64,000 nt of DNA from Marsupella aquatica (Eukaryota > Plantae > Marchantiophyta). The DNA lies in contig OZ316893.1 in NCBI GenBank assembly GCA_973895155.1, positions 7,774,963 to 7,838,962 of the forward strand. Reading direction: 5' to 3'. The notes beneath the pieces are model-generated. The model did no database searches, had not been told where the DNA came from, and saw nothing but the letters and a program-made list of their open reading frames with translations. A program made the translations under genes and the position numbers. Of the stretch, positions 23,169 through 37,204 are shown in pieces; the stretch's first letter is position 1; each line of letters starts with the position of its first letter.

Positions 23169-23575
23169 ATATCAATGTTTACAACAACATATTGTCATTA
23201 TGGACTTCTCCCATAAATGACTAACTCTAGGGTCAATCTTGAAATTAGGACATATCAGTGTTTACAAGAACATACCGTCATTATGGACTTCTCTCATAAA
23301 TGACTAACTCTAGGGTCAATCTTGAAATTAGGACATATCAGTGTTTACAAGAACATACCGTCATTATGGACTTCTCTCATAAATGACTAACTCTAGAGTC
23401 AAACTTGAAATTAGGATATATCGGTGTTTACAACAATATACTGTCATTATGGACTTGTTGCATAAATGACTAAATATATGGTCAATCTAAAAATCATGAT
23501 ATATCAATATTTACAATAACATATAGTCATTATGGACTTATTGCATAAATGACTACTTATAGAGTCATTAAAGAA
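23169..23575 (+). repeat. Tandem repeat, 83 bp x ~5, in the CACTA subterminal region
   Basis: ATATCAGTGTTTACAAGAACATACCGTCATTATGGAC... recurs at 23169, 23252, 23335, 23418 and 23501. Confidence 0.9.
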
Positions 23576-23654
23576 CCCAAGAGATATGAAGATTAAAATA
23601 CTCAATAGTCATTCCAGACACCGGTCATAATTGTAGAGTCATTGATATAGTTGA

Positions 23655-26600
23655 TAACCCTTCCACTAAGTGCGGGACACAATACTCATCATTGTCCTCC
23701 CACTGGTTGGGGCATTAGCAATTTGAACACATGTCTTGCATTTACTTTAGGCATGACGCACCTAGCTTTGGGGAAATCACTCCCAAGTCATACACCTTTG
23801 GAGTGATTTTCCATAAGTGTCACCATATATAGATGCGCGCATACTACCGTATCCAAAGGCAAATGAAACCTTTTTGTCTCTCCAAGAAGTAGGGCAAGAC
23901 CAATGGAAGGTTGTCATCCTTTGTTGTAATTGTGTCATGTTTGTGCCGGTGTTTGGATGGGGAATATTTTAATTTGCAAATAAATAGTGATGGGGCATTC
24001 AAGGAGCTAGTGTAATCTTTATTGGGTCATTTCTAAAAACATTTGCATTACAAATACCAATGACTACAAGTAGGGTCATTAAATTTGTCATATGGACTGT
24101 CATATAAGTCAAGTGACTGGACTTGTGGTTATTTGTGTGGTCCCTCATGCAGTCATTAAACACAAGCACAAATGACCAGTTTGGGGCTGGGGGCTTGAGG
24201 TGGGCCCTAGAGTGCCATGGGGCCCCACATAGAGGTGAGAACCCCTCCACTAGGTGCGGGACACTATACTCATCATTGTCCAACCACTAGTTGCGACATA
24301 AACACTTTGGACACATGTTTTTGCGCTTACTTCAGGCATGATGCACCTTTGGGGAAATCACTCCCAAGTCGTATGACTTCGGAGTGATTTGTCAAAAGTG
24401 TCACCATGTATGCATACCATCACATCCAAAGGCAAATAAAAGTTGTTTTTTGGTTCTCCAAGAGGTAGTGCTACACCAATGGAATGGGCAGGGGAGTCGT
24501 GCTTCTCAGTATGGTGTGGGTGCGGGATTAGGGTATAGGAATATTCCAATCTTGCAAGGAATCTAAAGCTGGCTCTAGTTGGAGGTACTAGGGCCTTTAT
24601 TGGGTCATATGTGAGCAATGGCCCGTCATAAATGCCAATGACTAAAAGTAGGGTCATTAAAACTGTCATATGGAGAGTCATATCAGTCTAATGATTGGAT
24701 TTGTGGTCATTTGAGGGGTCCCTTATGCAGTCATTAAAAGGAAAAGCACAAATGACCAGTTTGGGGCTAGGGGCTTGAGGTGGGCCCTAGAGTGCCATGG
24801 GGCCCCACATAGAGGTGAACCCCTCCACTAGGTGCGGGACACTATACTCATCATTGTCCAATCACTAGTTGTGACATAAACACTTTGGACACATGTTTTT
24901 GCGTTTACTTCAGGCATGATGCACCTTTGGGGAAATCACTCCCAAGTCGTACGACTTTGGAGTGATTTGCCAAAAGTTCAACCATGGATGTATACCATCA
25001 CATCCAAAGGCAAATAAAACATATTTTTGGTTCTCCAAGAGGTAGTGCTGCACCAATGGAATGGGCAGGGGAGTCCTACTTCTCTGCATGGTGTGGGTGC
25101 GGGATTAGGGTATAGGAATATTCCAACCTTGCAAGGAATCTAAAGCTGGCTCTCTTTGGAGGTACTAGGGCCTTTATTGGGTCATATGTGAGCAATGGCC
25201 CGTCATAAATGCCAATGACTAAAAGTAGGGTCATTAAAAATGTCATATGGAGAGTCATATCAGTCAAATGACTGGATATGTGGTCATTTTAGGGGTCCCT
25301 CATGCAGTCATTAAGGAAAAGCACAAATGACCAGTTTGGGGCTAGGGGCTTGAGGTGGGCCCTAGAGTGCCATGGGGCCCCACATAGAGGTGAGAACCCC
25401 TCCACTGGGTGCGGGACACTATATTCATCATTGTCCAACCACTAGTTGCGACATAAACACTTTGGACACATGTTTTTGCGTTTACTTGAGGCATGATGCA
25501 CCTTTGGGGAAATCACTCCCAAGTCGTATGACTTCGGAGTGATTTGCCAAAAGTGCAACCATGGATGTATACCATCACATCCAAAGGCAAATAAAACCTG
25601 TTTTTTGGTTCTCCAAGAGGTAGTGTTGCACCAATGGAATGGGCAGGGGAGTGGTGCTTCTCCGCATGGTGTGGGTGTGGGATTAGGGTATAGGAATATT
25701 CCAACCTTGCAAGGAATCTAAAGTTGGCTCTCTTTGGAGGTACTAGGGCCTTTATTGGTTCATATGTGAGCAATTGCCCGTCATAAATGCCAATTACTAC
25801 AACAAAGGTCATTAAAATGGTCACATTGGATGTCATATAAGCGGAATGACCTGAATTATTGTCATTTGAGGGGTCCCTCATGCAGTCATTAAGGAAAAGC
25901 ACAAATGACCATTTTGGGGCTAGGGGTTGGAGGTGGGCCCTAGAGTGCCATGGGGCCCCACATAGAGGTGAGAACCCCTCCACTAGGTGCGGGACACTAT
26001 ACTCATCATTGTCCAACCACTAGTTGCGACATAAACACTTTGGACACATGTTTTTGTGTTTACTTAAGGCATGATGCACCTTTGGGGTTTAGGGTTGTTT
26101 TGTGGTTCTCCAAGAGGTGGTGCTGCACCAATGGAATGGGCAGGGGAGTCGTGCTTCCCTATATGGTGTGGGTGCGGGTTTAGGAAAGAGGAATATTCCA
26201 ACCTTGCAAGGAATCTATTGGGGGCTCTCTTTGGAGGTACTAGGCGGGGTACTAGGGCCTTCATTGGGTCATTTGTGAACAATGACATGTCATAAATACC
26301 AATGATTACAAATAGGGTTGACCATTGAAACCGTCATATGGAATGTCATATAAGTCAAATGACGGGATTTGTTGTTATTTGAGGGGGTCCTTTGTGGAGT
26401 CATTGAAGACAAACATAAATGACCAGTTTGAGGCTAGGTGCTGGAGGTGGGCTCTAGAGTGCCATGTGGCCCCACATGGGGCTGGAAACCCCTCTACTAG
26501 GTGCGGGATATTATATTTACTATTCTTCAACCATTAGTTGCACCATAATTAATGTTGAATCATATTTTTGCATTTACCTAAGGCATGATGAAACTTTGGG

Positions 26601-28420
26601 GAAATCACTCCCAAGTCATACGGCTTTAGAGTGATTTGCCAAAAGTCTCACCATGTGAAATAATAGTTGTTTTCTTGTTCTCCAAGAGGTAGGGCAAAAC
26701 TAGGGGAAGGTTGTTGTCCTTCTATTTAACTGTGTCATATCTATGCCAGTGTTTGGGTGGGGAATATTCTATTCCATTGCAAAGGAAATGCGAGGGGGCA
26801 CTCCAACAGGTAGTGTAATCTTCACTAGGTCATATTGGAGTAATGGTGTTCATTAAAGCCAATGACAATAGTAAGGGTCATTTTGGCAGTCATATTGCAG
26901 GTCATTTGGACCAAATGACTGCATATGTGGTCATTATAGAGGTCCCTCATAGTGTCATTATGGACCAACATAAATGACCAGTTTGGTGCTAAGGATTGGA
27001 AGTGGGCCCTAGACTGCCATGGGGCCTTGCATGAAGGTGGCAACCTCTCCACTAGGTGCGGGACACTATAATCATCATTGTCCAACCACTAGTTGTGCCA
27101 TGAACACTTTGGAGCCATCTTTTTGCGTTTACTTAAAGCATGATAGAACCTTGGGGAAATCACTCCCAAGTCATACAGATTTGGAGTGATTTGCCAAAAG
27201 TGTCACCGTGGTTGAATACCATCATTATCAATGGCAAATTGAGCCTTTTGTTTTGTCTCTCCAAGAAGTAAAGCAATGTCACCAATCAATGGAAGATTGT
27301 TGTCCTTCTATGTAAGTGTGTGATTTTTGTGTTGATGTTTTGATGGGGATACTCCATTTTGCATATGAATAGTGTCGGGGCATTGTGAGTAGGTGTTGTA
27401 ATCTTCATTGGGTAATTTTGGAGTAATGTTGTGTCATTAGTGCCAATGACTGCACTAAGGGTCATTTTGGGAGTCATTTTGGATGTCATTTGTACAAAAT
27501 GACTGCATATGAGGTCATTAGACAGGTCCCTCATGATGTCATTATGTACCAGTAGAAATGACCCTTTTAGGTCTAGGAACTTTGGGTGGGCCCCAATGTG
27601 CCATGAGGCCCGCCATGGGGCCCTACATGAAGGTGGTAACCCCTCCACTAGGTGCGGGACACTATACTCATCATTGTCCAACCACTAGTTGTTAGTTACA
27701 TGAACATTTTGGACACATGTTTTCACGTTTACTTAAGGCATGATGCAACCTTGGGGAAATCATTCCCAAGTCGTACAACTTTGAGGTGATTTGCCAAAAG
27801 TGTCACCAGGGATTAATACCATCATTTGCAAAGGCAAATCGAGCCATTTTTTTTCTCTCTCCAAGAGGTAGCGCAACACCAATGGAAGGTTGTGGTCCTT
27901 CTATTTAACTATGGCATGTTTGTGATTGTGTTTGGATGGGGGATATGATATTTTGGGGATATTTTGCAAATAAATTGTGACGGGGCACTCTAGGAGGTAG
28001 TGTAATCTTTATTAGGTCATTTTGGAACAAAGTTGTGTCATAAATGCCAATGACTACAAATAGGGTCATTGAAACGGTCATATAGGATGTCATATAGGTC
28101 AAATGACCAGACTTGTGGTCATTACATTGGTCCCTTGTGGAGTCATTTAATTAGAAGAAGCTCAAATGACAAGGTTTGAGCTAGGGGCTGGAGGCGGGCC
28201 CCTAGAGTCATAAATGTGGTACTACATAGAGCTGGGAACCTGCCTCCGGGTGCAGTACACTCTACTGTATACTATTCTCCATCCATTAGTTGTGGCATAA
28301 ACCTGCACTTTGGGATATGGGGGTTCTCTTTTTGGAGGTACTTGTGCTTCATTGGGCCATTTGTGAACAATTCTACGTCAGAAATGTCAAATAATGACCT
28401 CCTATAATGTCATTGTGATT
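23655..28420 (+). repeat. Tandem array of ~510-600-bp units (~8.5 copies) with an internal hairpin
   Basis: Anchor ACCCCTCCACTAGGTGCGGGACACTATACTCATCATTGTCC at about 23657, 24241, 24818, 25396, 25975, 26488, 27044, 27638 and 28238 (last copy degenerate). Confidence 0.92.
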
Positions 28421-31400
28421 ATGATATGGGAGTACCAAATCACCCAAAATGGGGTCATTAGAGGAGTCCCTCATGCTGTCATTGAGGAAATAGGTTAAAA
28501 TGACCCAACTGGCCAGGGCTAGGGGTAGAGGTGTTTAGAGTTTAGAGTGTAAACCTAAACCCTAAACAATGGAAAGGCTCTGTTTGGAGGGATGCAGTTC
28601 CTCATTGGCTCATTTGTGTGTTGTGTCATAAATTCCATACAATGACAGAAAATGGGGTCATTGATGCTGAATACCCAACTATTTCATGCATTAACAATAC
28701 CTAATGGCTATTTTGGTCCCAATTTTGGTCTTCCTTTGGCCCCCTCTTCTCCATGGTCCCATTCACCACAATATGGGTGAAATATGGATTAACTAGGGCG
28801 GTGAATGAGGACAATAGTCAACAATATTAATACTCCAAACAAACAAAGCAAAGGCCACAAAACAACTGCCTTACACCTGGGTTATTGCAAAATGAACATA
28901 GTGTAGGGAGTTTTTATCAAGTTCTTAACATACCAGGACGTACTAATAAATAAGCAAAAACAAAGCAAAAACATCATTAACTTGTTAAGGCAAGCTTAAT
29001 ACTAAATTTGAGAGTGTTAAACTTTAGTGTCTCCTTTGCTAACCTTTGCCACAAAGTTTCAATAATAATGAGGAACAAGAGGGAAATTTAATTGTTTGTG
29101 ACTCAGTTGGTAGATGGACAAAATGTTTCTCTACAAATAAAGCTTTGTTTGGAGATATTCCACTTTACACAACATCTCTACTATCTGAAATGCTTGCACT
29201 TATGTAGAGAACCCATTCCCTGGGCCCCAACAAAGATACTGAAGCCCCCCTGCACGCATGAAGGTAATTTATATTTTATTGGCCTGTAATAATCATAATG
29301 CATTTTTTTGAATGAAGGGATTATATTAACCTTGGATTAGTATATTACAATACAAAAGCCTTATTATATCCATTCAAAATTTTATTTTTATTTCTAAGGA
29401 AAGGTGTGACATAGTCAACAAAAACATGTGTCATTTTTATATTGGTCCACATGTCATTGCATAAAAGTAGGGGTTATGTAACTCAAAATATAAAATTAAA
29501 TATTTTTGTAAGCTATTGAATCTACACTCTGGGCATAGTGGAGGTTCACGGGCCGTCTGGGGTAGATTTCACGGGTGGGGTGGGGCGTGGGCACGTTCTT
29601 GGTGAGAGGGATTTGAATCCTCCCGCGTGACCTCGCTTCCCTCCTGCACATTGTCCCTCATGCCCATCTTTAGCAGCCGCTGACCGCCATAGCTTTCCGT
29701 TGGAGAGTTGTGAGAGCGTGGGGAGGGATTGATGGTGGTTTGCGATGCTCTCGATCTAGATTTGTGGAAGGTCTGAAAAGAACAAGCAGATGTAGCTGTA
29801 CGTGAACATTGCGCACAGTGGATTGGGAGTATTGCTTCAGTGTGACTAGTCTTTGTATAATCCTATTGTTGGTGCTGAGTGGATGGATCGGACAGTTCAG
29901 AAAGTTCAGGCTTGAATGCCTTCGTCACTCATTGTGTTGTAGCGTTTTAACACATCATTCTTGTTTTGGACAAATTGATGGAATGGTAGGGCCCTGGGGG
30001 TAGGGCGCAGGGCAATACACTGTGTTAGTGTTGTTGAGTTCACGGTTTGATTCAAACCTTGCTGATTGAAATTTTCTAATTGATCAGTAGGATTATGAAC
30101 GAGGGTGGTAATCGACTGGTGGACCCACTCAAGGACTACTATTGGACTGGAGAATGTCTGGCCAAGACAAACGATGGCTCCAAGAAGAGTGGCGCACTCA
30201 ACTTCAATACTGTGGCATTGCTGACAACCTGATTGGCACAAACGGTCGGAGCTAAATCACAAGAATGCCTTTGTGATTGCTTTGCTTTCGATGGTAGTTG
30301 TGACTGAGAGCCTTTGAGTGGGGAGGACGGGGCTACAAGGTCGACAAGGCATATACAATTTTGGGCAAGAGCAAGATTTGCAATTGTAGAGACAAAGGAT
30401 GGATGCAACAATTTTAGTCACAGGCCTTTTGGTTTCATTTTAGCAGCCGAGGATGCAGCACTTCCAATCGCAAGCCTTCCAGGCTCACTTTGGCTGCAAA
30501 GGACGTAGCACTTGCAATTATTGCAGGCCTTCCGGGTCTACTTTTTGGCAACAGATCAAGCTAGGACACAGCTTGCAGCGGCACTTCCAGCCCTTTTGTA
30601 GACGGTATGTTAGCTTTTTTCGCTAATTAAAAGAATTTTAGGAAAGAAGAATTGGCACATGAATCATATATTGAAAAGCAATCCGTCATTTTGTATGTCT
30701 TCACAAGAAGCAGTGCCATACACGTCCATCACTAACTAAAATCCAATAGCCCAGTTGAATAGATTTTGTTGCATTTCAGAGGTAGCCGCATTTATGGAGC
30801 AACGTTTCTAACCGTGTATTGATTCCAAGGCTATTCAAGAACTTATAGTGCCTCTCGGATTTTGATTGTTTATTGCTTAATTTGCTAGTTGGCCAGTCAT
30901 ATATCTGAACGTCAGCATTTAGCGTGAGATTGTACAGATCAATTCTATGGTATCTGGAGCTATTCCTCACTAAATCCCATCTAGTCAAGTAATTACGTAC
31001 TATTGGTCTATTGTTCGGCGCCTCACTCAATTCAGCCAACAAGCCAAAAACGGTTCCGACAGATGGCTACGAAAACACATTGGAAACTACTATAAGTTCC
31101 AATTATGAGAGATATGATTGATTTTAATGTCTGAGAATTTGAAGGCAAGAAATCTGGCTTTATACTCTTTTTGGGGTCAGTGTTGGTAGAAACGGATCAT
31201 ATTTCTATGTGAGAGATTAGTTTAGTCAGTGTTTTATGATATTACAAAACCGAGAAGGATCAAAGCTCCGCGTTGTATTCTCAATCTGGATTATTTTCCC
31301 CTCAAGATCTTTGAAACCTTTTTGGCTTCGTACTACTACTGCCGTGGAATTTTTTGGGAATAATGATTCTACATGTAGACTAGCCAGGTTAAGCATGGAA

Positions 31401-34400
31401 AATGCAATTGTCACCGCCCTATACTTGGGAATAATTAAGTTTACCTGACTTAAAAATTGTTCTTTACAAATGTCAGAGTTCGGTCCCACAAATTGCAATA
31501 TATGACCTTTTAATAGAAACCTTTCAGCATTGGAACTTGGAAGCTCTTGGCCTGCTGCTGCTGCTGTGCCTGCATGACATAGTAAGTATTAGCGGACCCA
31601 CTTGGTCTAGCATTTCATTCCTCCTGCATGACATAGTAGGTACTAGCGGACCCACTTGGTCTGGCATGGATTGTGTCGTGGACTTCTACCTAAGTGCTAG
31701 AGGAATCATTCAAGCTATGTGATATGATAGCTATGTGACAAGAATCCTGTGATAATTTTGGTTCCAATATAGTAGATGTTTTTGACTTTTGATTACAGGA
31801 ATGTACAGTACTACTCACATCTTTTAGAAACGCCCTTCTTCGGGATGGGAACATTTTTGTAATCTCAAATAGTTATTCAATCTCAAAAGCTTACATCACT
31901 GCAGCTCTACGTTTGATTATAGAACTATACAATACTCCCATCTTTTAGAAAAGCACTTTTTGATGATGCAAACATTTTTTAATCTGAAAAGCTTACATCG
32001 TTGCAGCTCCGCTCACACTTTTTGGAAAAGTCCTGCGAAGAATAAATCTTGAACAGTTTTCAATCTCAGAAGTTTTATTATATGTTTTGCAGCTCTCACC
32101 CAGGACTTGCAGCCTACGTAAATTTGTGTGGTGACTTCTTCAATAACAATATGTGTGGTAATGATTGAAGCAGTGCCCTATTGGTGCAAGCGGTTGTGCC
32201 TGGAGAATAATTGTAGTAATCTTATTTTGGTTTTATGGTGGAGACCATTGTGCGTGAAGAATAATTGTTTTTCTTGGTAATGTTTGGAAGTGGTTATTTC
32301 AGGCTGTGGAGCTTTAAACAAAGGTGGAGGCCCTGTAGAAAAAATTGACACCCTGTCCCAACACGAGTGGCCAGAAATCCATAACAGGTAGGCCACATAG
32401 TGATGTAGCGCCCGCATATCTCATCTTGAATTGTTTGGTTTGGCTTTCCTCATTTCTTAAATTCTATTTTGTTATTCTCACTATTTTCAAAGGCGACCAA
32501 TACATCACGAGCATAGGTCATTTTCAAAGAAACTGGGCCACTTTTGGTTATCATCAAGAATCTTGTATTTTGAAGAAGTGTTGAGAACGGTCTGCAGCAG
32601 CTGTGTGTATTACTTTATGCTAGGAATCTCCTATCTTGTTTGGCATGCACATGGTGATGATCATCTCTGAATAGTTTTGTGTGCACAATCCCATGCAAAA
32701 CTTGGGCCTATATCATATTTTGTAATTATGTCATAGAAGATACGTCATTCAAACTAAGCCAGCAATGAGATGTGCAAAATATTCAAATTTATTCCAGCTG
32801 AAGTCAGAGAGTTACTACTTAATTTTCTCTTAGCTGGACTTGACAGATTGGTCTTCTAAGGTATGCACTTGTGCTCTATGGATCATTGGGGGTACTACCT
32901 ATCTTTGTCTGAAGTGGAGGGTGGAATTTTGACCATTAACAATCACTTGGCGAGCTTCCATTTTTCACAGTTGCTAAGGAAGGGGACTCGACTGAACAAG
33001 CAAGTTGTAAGAGCTCTACCACCCAGGGCTCTGCCCAACTATGTTGTAAGTTGGTATGTTTTAATCTTAGCAGTAAATGGTTATCACAAAATCAATAGTT
33101 CTACAGTTATCTAATATCATGCTTTCTTATTTGGTTGTTGTCCTTGGAGGTGGCTGTCACTACTTCAATTCAAGATGTAACTGGGTTTTTGAATCACATC
33201 GTAGCTACATCCACCAGCATGAAGTGTCTGACCCCTCTGTAAGTCTCTGATCCCGCTTCCTCATGTGGTATATTTTGTGGCACCTGGTTTTTATGGTTTA
33301 TGGTGACTGCAAAGAAACATTCATGATCAGCTACGAACTTACAAGTTCTGTGTGTGACATATAGGATTGCCTTTGCTTCAATACACATCTTGCTGTGATC
33401 AAATTCTTGTTAGTTTGACAGTGAGAATGTTGTGTTGGCTTGTGAGTCATTTACAGACCCCACATTCAAACGAAGAGATCAGTGCCATTGGGGTTGTGAA
33501 ATTGGATGTTGATGAGTTGAAAGGCACTATGAAGGAGTTGGCAAGCATGATGACAGTTACATGGATGGTCCTTTCTTTCGAGTGTGTGTGATTGAAGTGT
33601 TTGTAGATGTGGCATTGTCATTTGCTAATGCTGGGGAGAACCAGTCTAAGTTATCTCATGTGAAGGGGATGAATGCCCTGTGGAACTCTAGATTGCTCAA
33701 GAAGCAGTAGAAGCAGCCATGGGCCAAGAAACACTAGACATGATAGAAGTAGGTTTTGTAGAATGAGAATGACAACTTTGTTTTTCTACACACATTCAGA
33801 GTTGTTAGGTATTTCAGATTGCAGCACTTGATATACATCTAATAATATTTTGTATGCTTTTTCTCAATGTCTGTTTTCTTCATAAATTTGCATTGAGTTG
33901 AATAACTATTGTGTTCAATAACTATTGTGGGACTTAAGAATGTATCTTGTATGAATATCAATTGGATTTGTTAGGTATAGAATGTCTCTTTAGTGTTTCA
34001 TTCAGCAAATCTATTGAATGACTTTGTAGTGTATGATTCTTGAATGACATGAATTTTTGTCCAATATGACCATTTAAATTTGTATAACTCCAAGTCATTG
34101 AATACATGACTTGAATGACATATAAAATGACTGATCTAATGGTCATCATGAACTTTTGTAATTGCATCCAATATGACCCACCTCAAGTCATTAAAGACAT
34201 AGCCTTAATGACATATAAAATGATTGATCTTATGGTCATTATAGACATATATAAATGTGTCCAATATGACTCTTTTCAAGTCATTCCAGACATGTCATTA
34301 ATGACCAGTGTGTATCTCTACGCGTTTCTTCCCAATTTAACCATGTGTCTATATATGACTTGTCTATAATGTAGTCATTTTGGACACGTCCAAAATGACC

Positions 34401-37204
34401 CAAATTTATTGCCACATGGTTAAAATCCTTTGAGCCACATGTCACTCCTTGATTTGTTACATATTGTGCGTCATTTTGGACAAGTCCAAAATGACAAATG
34501 ATCTTTGTTTTTTAATTGCCACATGGCATTATATAATTGGGTACGGATACAATCGACGGTGAACGGTGATTGACCATTGACGGTGGTTTTTTGGTCATTT
34601 CAGACCGTTCACCATTTATGACCAAATCATAAATTAAGTCATTTCAGACGGTATAAAATGACCACATGTTTTTTGCGTCATTTGTCCGAAAGGACCGTGA
34701 CCAAAATGTCCGTTGTGACGCGTCTGGAAAGACGAGAATGACTGCGTCATTGTTTTGTTGAAAATACCATATAAATAGTCATTATTGCGGTCATAAAGAA
34801 CCTTGTTTTGTACTAGTGCAAGACGGTCATTCTGCCAGCTTCTTAGGTGTTCAAATGTCCCGACAAGAACACAGATATACGGCCCCAACTTTGTTGTACA
34901 GGGCACTTACAGGAGGAGACGAGAATGATGACGTTGGAAGAAACGATTTGTAGGACCTGGATGTTGATGGGATTGGTCAGACGCTTCCCATGCAGTATGG
35001 TATCCACATAATGCCTCGAAGAATACTGACCGTGGACGAAGCAATTTATCGACAGACTTGGAGATTACAATCAATGCTTGACGAGGCTAAAATGCCTCAG
35101 GCATTGCAGGATAGCATTTTGAAAATGCTATTCGGGAAGATTCAGATTCCCCCATCTACAAATTTGACACCTTCACCCGACCCTCCATCCGACATGGCAA
35201 ATGTAGGACTGGGCGCACTCCTGAGGCACGCTGGTGTGACGTGGGATGGAGGACGCCATGGAATTGATGCATTGTCATCATTCAAGGGTTTGTGTGGCAC
35301 GTTTGAGGCATATGGTATGCCAAAAACGCAGCGGTGGAGAATGTGTATTGGACAGAAGCCAAACTGGCATGCTCCCGTAGTCCTACCGCCGTCGCACCAA
35401 GATGACTACAATGTCCGAACTGGATTGAAGTGCAGTTGTTCAATCGCAAGGACAAAGTGGCATCTAGCCAGGGATTGTTTGCGTTGTTCGGAACGTTGCC
35501 CATTGGATGGTTGCGGCACGGCTCGCAAGGAGATGCTCCGGTTTGAATATTTCCCCATTGGTCCCATGTTGCGGAAGTTATGTAGCAGTCGATCTGTTTG
35601 TCATGAATTCCAGGCAATGTGGAGGGACAAAGATAAGTGGTTTAAGAAGGATTCCATGCCCAGACCTGTGTACAAGGAATGGTGGGACGGCTACCGTGCT
35701 TCCGAGCTATCCGGAACTACTTTTGGGACACTGGCACATAGTTTGAGATTCCCGTGTTATGCCGAAACTGTTATGCTTGCTATTCAACAACACCAAATAA
35801 ATGTCCTGAGTTGTTGGATACTGCCAACTGGGATAATGTCAGCAAACAATACGACTTCCAATGCTCAGATTGTGGATCTCGAGTCACGGCCCCGAAACAA
35901 TTTGCAAAGGTTAGTGATTTCTTCTTGCGTTACTGTTGTTGCGCACTTTTGTATGACCAGGGTATGGTATGGGTATTTTTAGGGTATTTATGGGTTATGA
36001 TAGAGTAACTTTTGTCTAACTAGTGTGACCCACCGCATGCAGGGTGATCCCCGAAATATTGCACTCATGGCACACTGGGATGGATTTCAGTCTGCCAAGA
36101 CTGCCCACAAAAGCACCTGGACTGTAGAGGTCCAAGTTTTAAGCGTCGGGTCTCAAACCAAAATTCCACCTATCCCTGTTCTTTTTATCCCGCCATGTGA
36201 TGACGACGACGTAGGAAAAAAAAAGCTGAAATGCTTGGATGCTTTCTTAGAACCATTCATAAGAGAACTGGAGGAGTTGTTTGTGGATGGGATAGAGGTG
36301 GATTACAATTACCCTGTGGAATTATTGGCTGAAGAGGATAATGTACCGAATGACTCCAGGTGTGTGCTACGAGCACTGTTAGCAGTTTTCACTGGAGATC
36401 ATCCCGCACAATGTAAATTTGGGGGCTGGAATGTTACAGGTTATTCCGCTTGTAGGAATTGTAAAATGAGCACTCGATGGATGAAGTGCAAGTTTGATCA
36501 TCCTCGAAAGGAGACTGACCAATCACAACCCCAAGGTTTTCTGGGAAGGGCTGTGTATGACAACAATAGGATGCAGATGAGATATCCACCACCTACACGG
36601 AAAATTGAAGAGGTGAGGGAGGCGGCCAGGAACATGACCAGGGCAGGAACAACTGCAGAGAGGATGAAGATAAGCAGGGAGTGCGGGATTTCAAACATGA
36701 CCAGGGCTTGGCGACTACATGAGCTTACTGCATTTTGTTTGAGCAAGGATCTGGTGTATGATACAATGCATATCCTTGCCTTGTGCCTTTTCAAGAAATA
36801 CTGCGAGCTTCTAGTTTTGAGTGTTCCCCGTCAACATCAAAAATAGTTTGAAGATGCTCTGGAGGAGGTTACTGCTAGGAAACTCGAGAGGTTTTGATGG
36901 AAGATGGCCTAAACAACCTTTTGAAAGATTGGGATACTTCAAGGCTAAAGAGTTCATGCGATTCATATTGTATTGTCTGCCTCATATCCTCCAACAGATG
37001 GACATTAGTGTCCACTCTGACCTTGGGACGCTTGGGATTCTTTTGGTAGAGATTGCACGCCTCTTTTATATCATAAGTAGACAAGAGGGTTGGACTACAG
37101 CCACATTGAAAAAAGGCAGGTCTCTACTGGCTTCTTGGAGAGTTCGCTCAGAAGAGGCTTGGGGCCCAAATGGAGCAATCCTAGAGCATGTTGCTGGTGA
37201 GTCA

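Larger units (their letters stand above)
22743..34818. mobile_element. Non-autonomous CACTA element, 12,076 bp, TSD CAA
   Basis: Left end CACTAGAAGAAAACAGGGCCCTTTATGACC; right end reverse complement CACTAGTACAAAACAAGGTTCTTTATGACC; CAA on both flanks; dense AAATGAC/GTCATTT subterminal motifs; no transposase inside. Confidence 0.93.

Noticed and set aside
23655-28420. CRISPR-like array, or a family of small repeated genes (MDNDEYSVPH...)
   Set aside because: The whole ~580-bp unit is repeated with no unique spacers and no cas genes; ORF starts, stops and frames differ between units, so they are by-products of the repeat.
31570-32010. Local 54-bp and ~120-bp duplications as functional repeats
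   Set aside because: Only two copies each with no structure; ordinary slippage duplications in TE interior.
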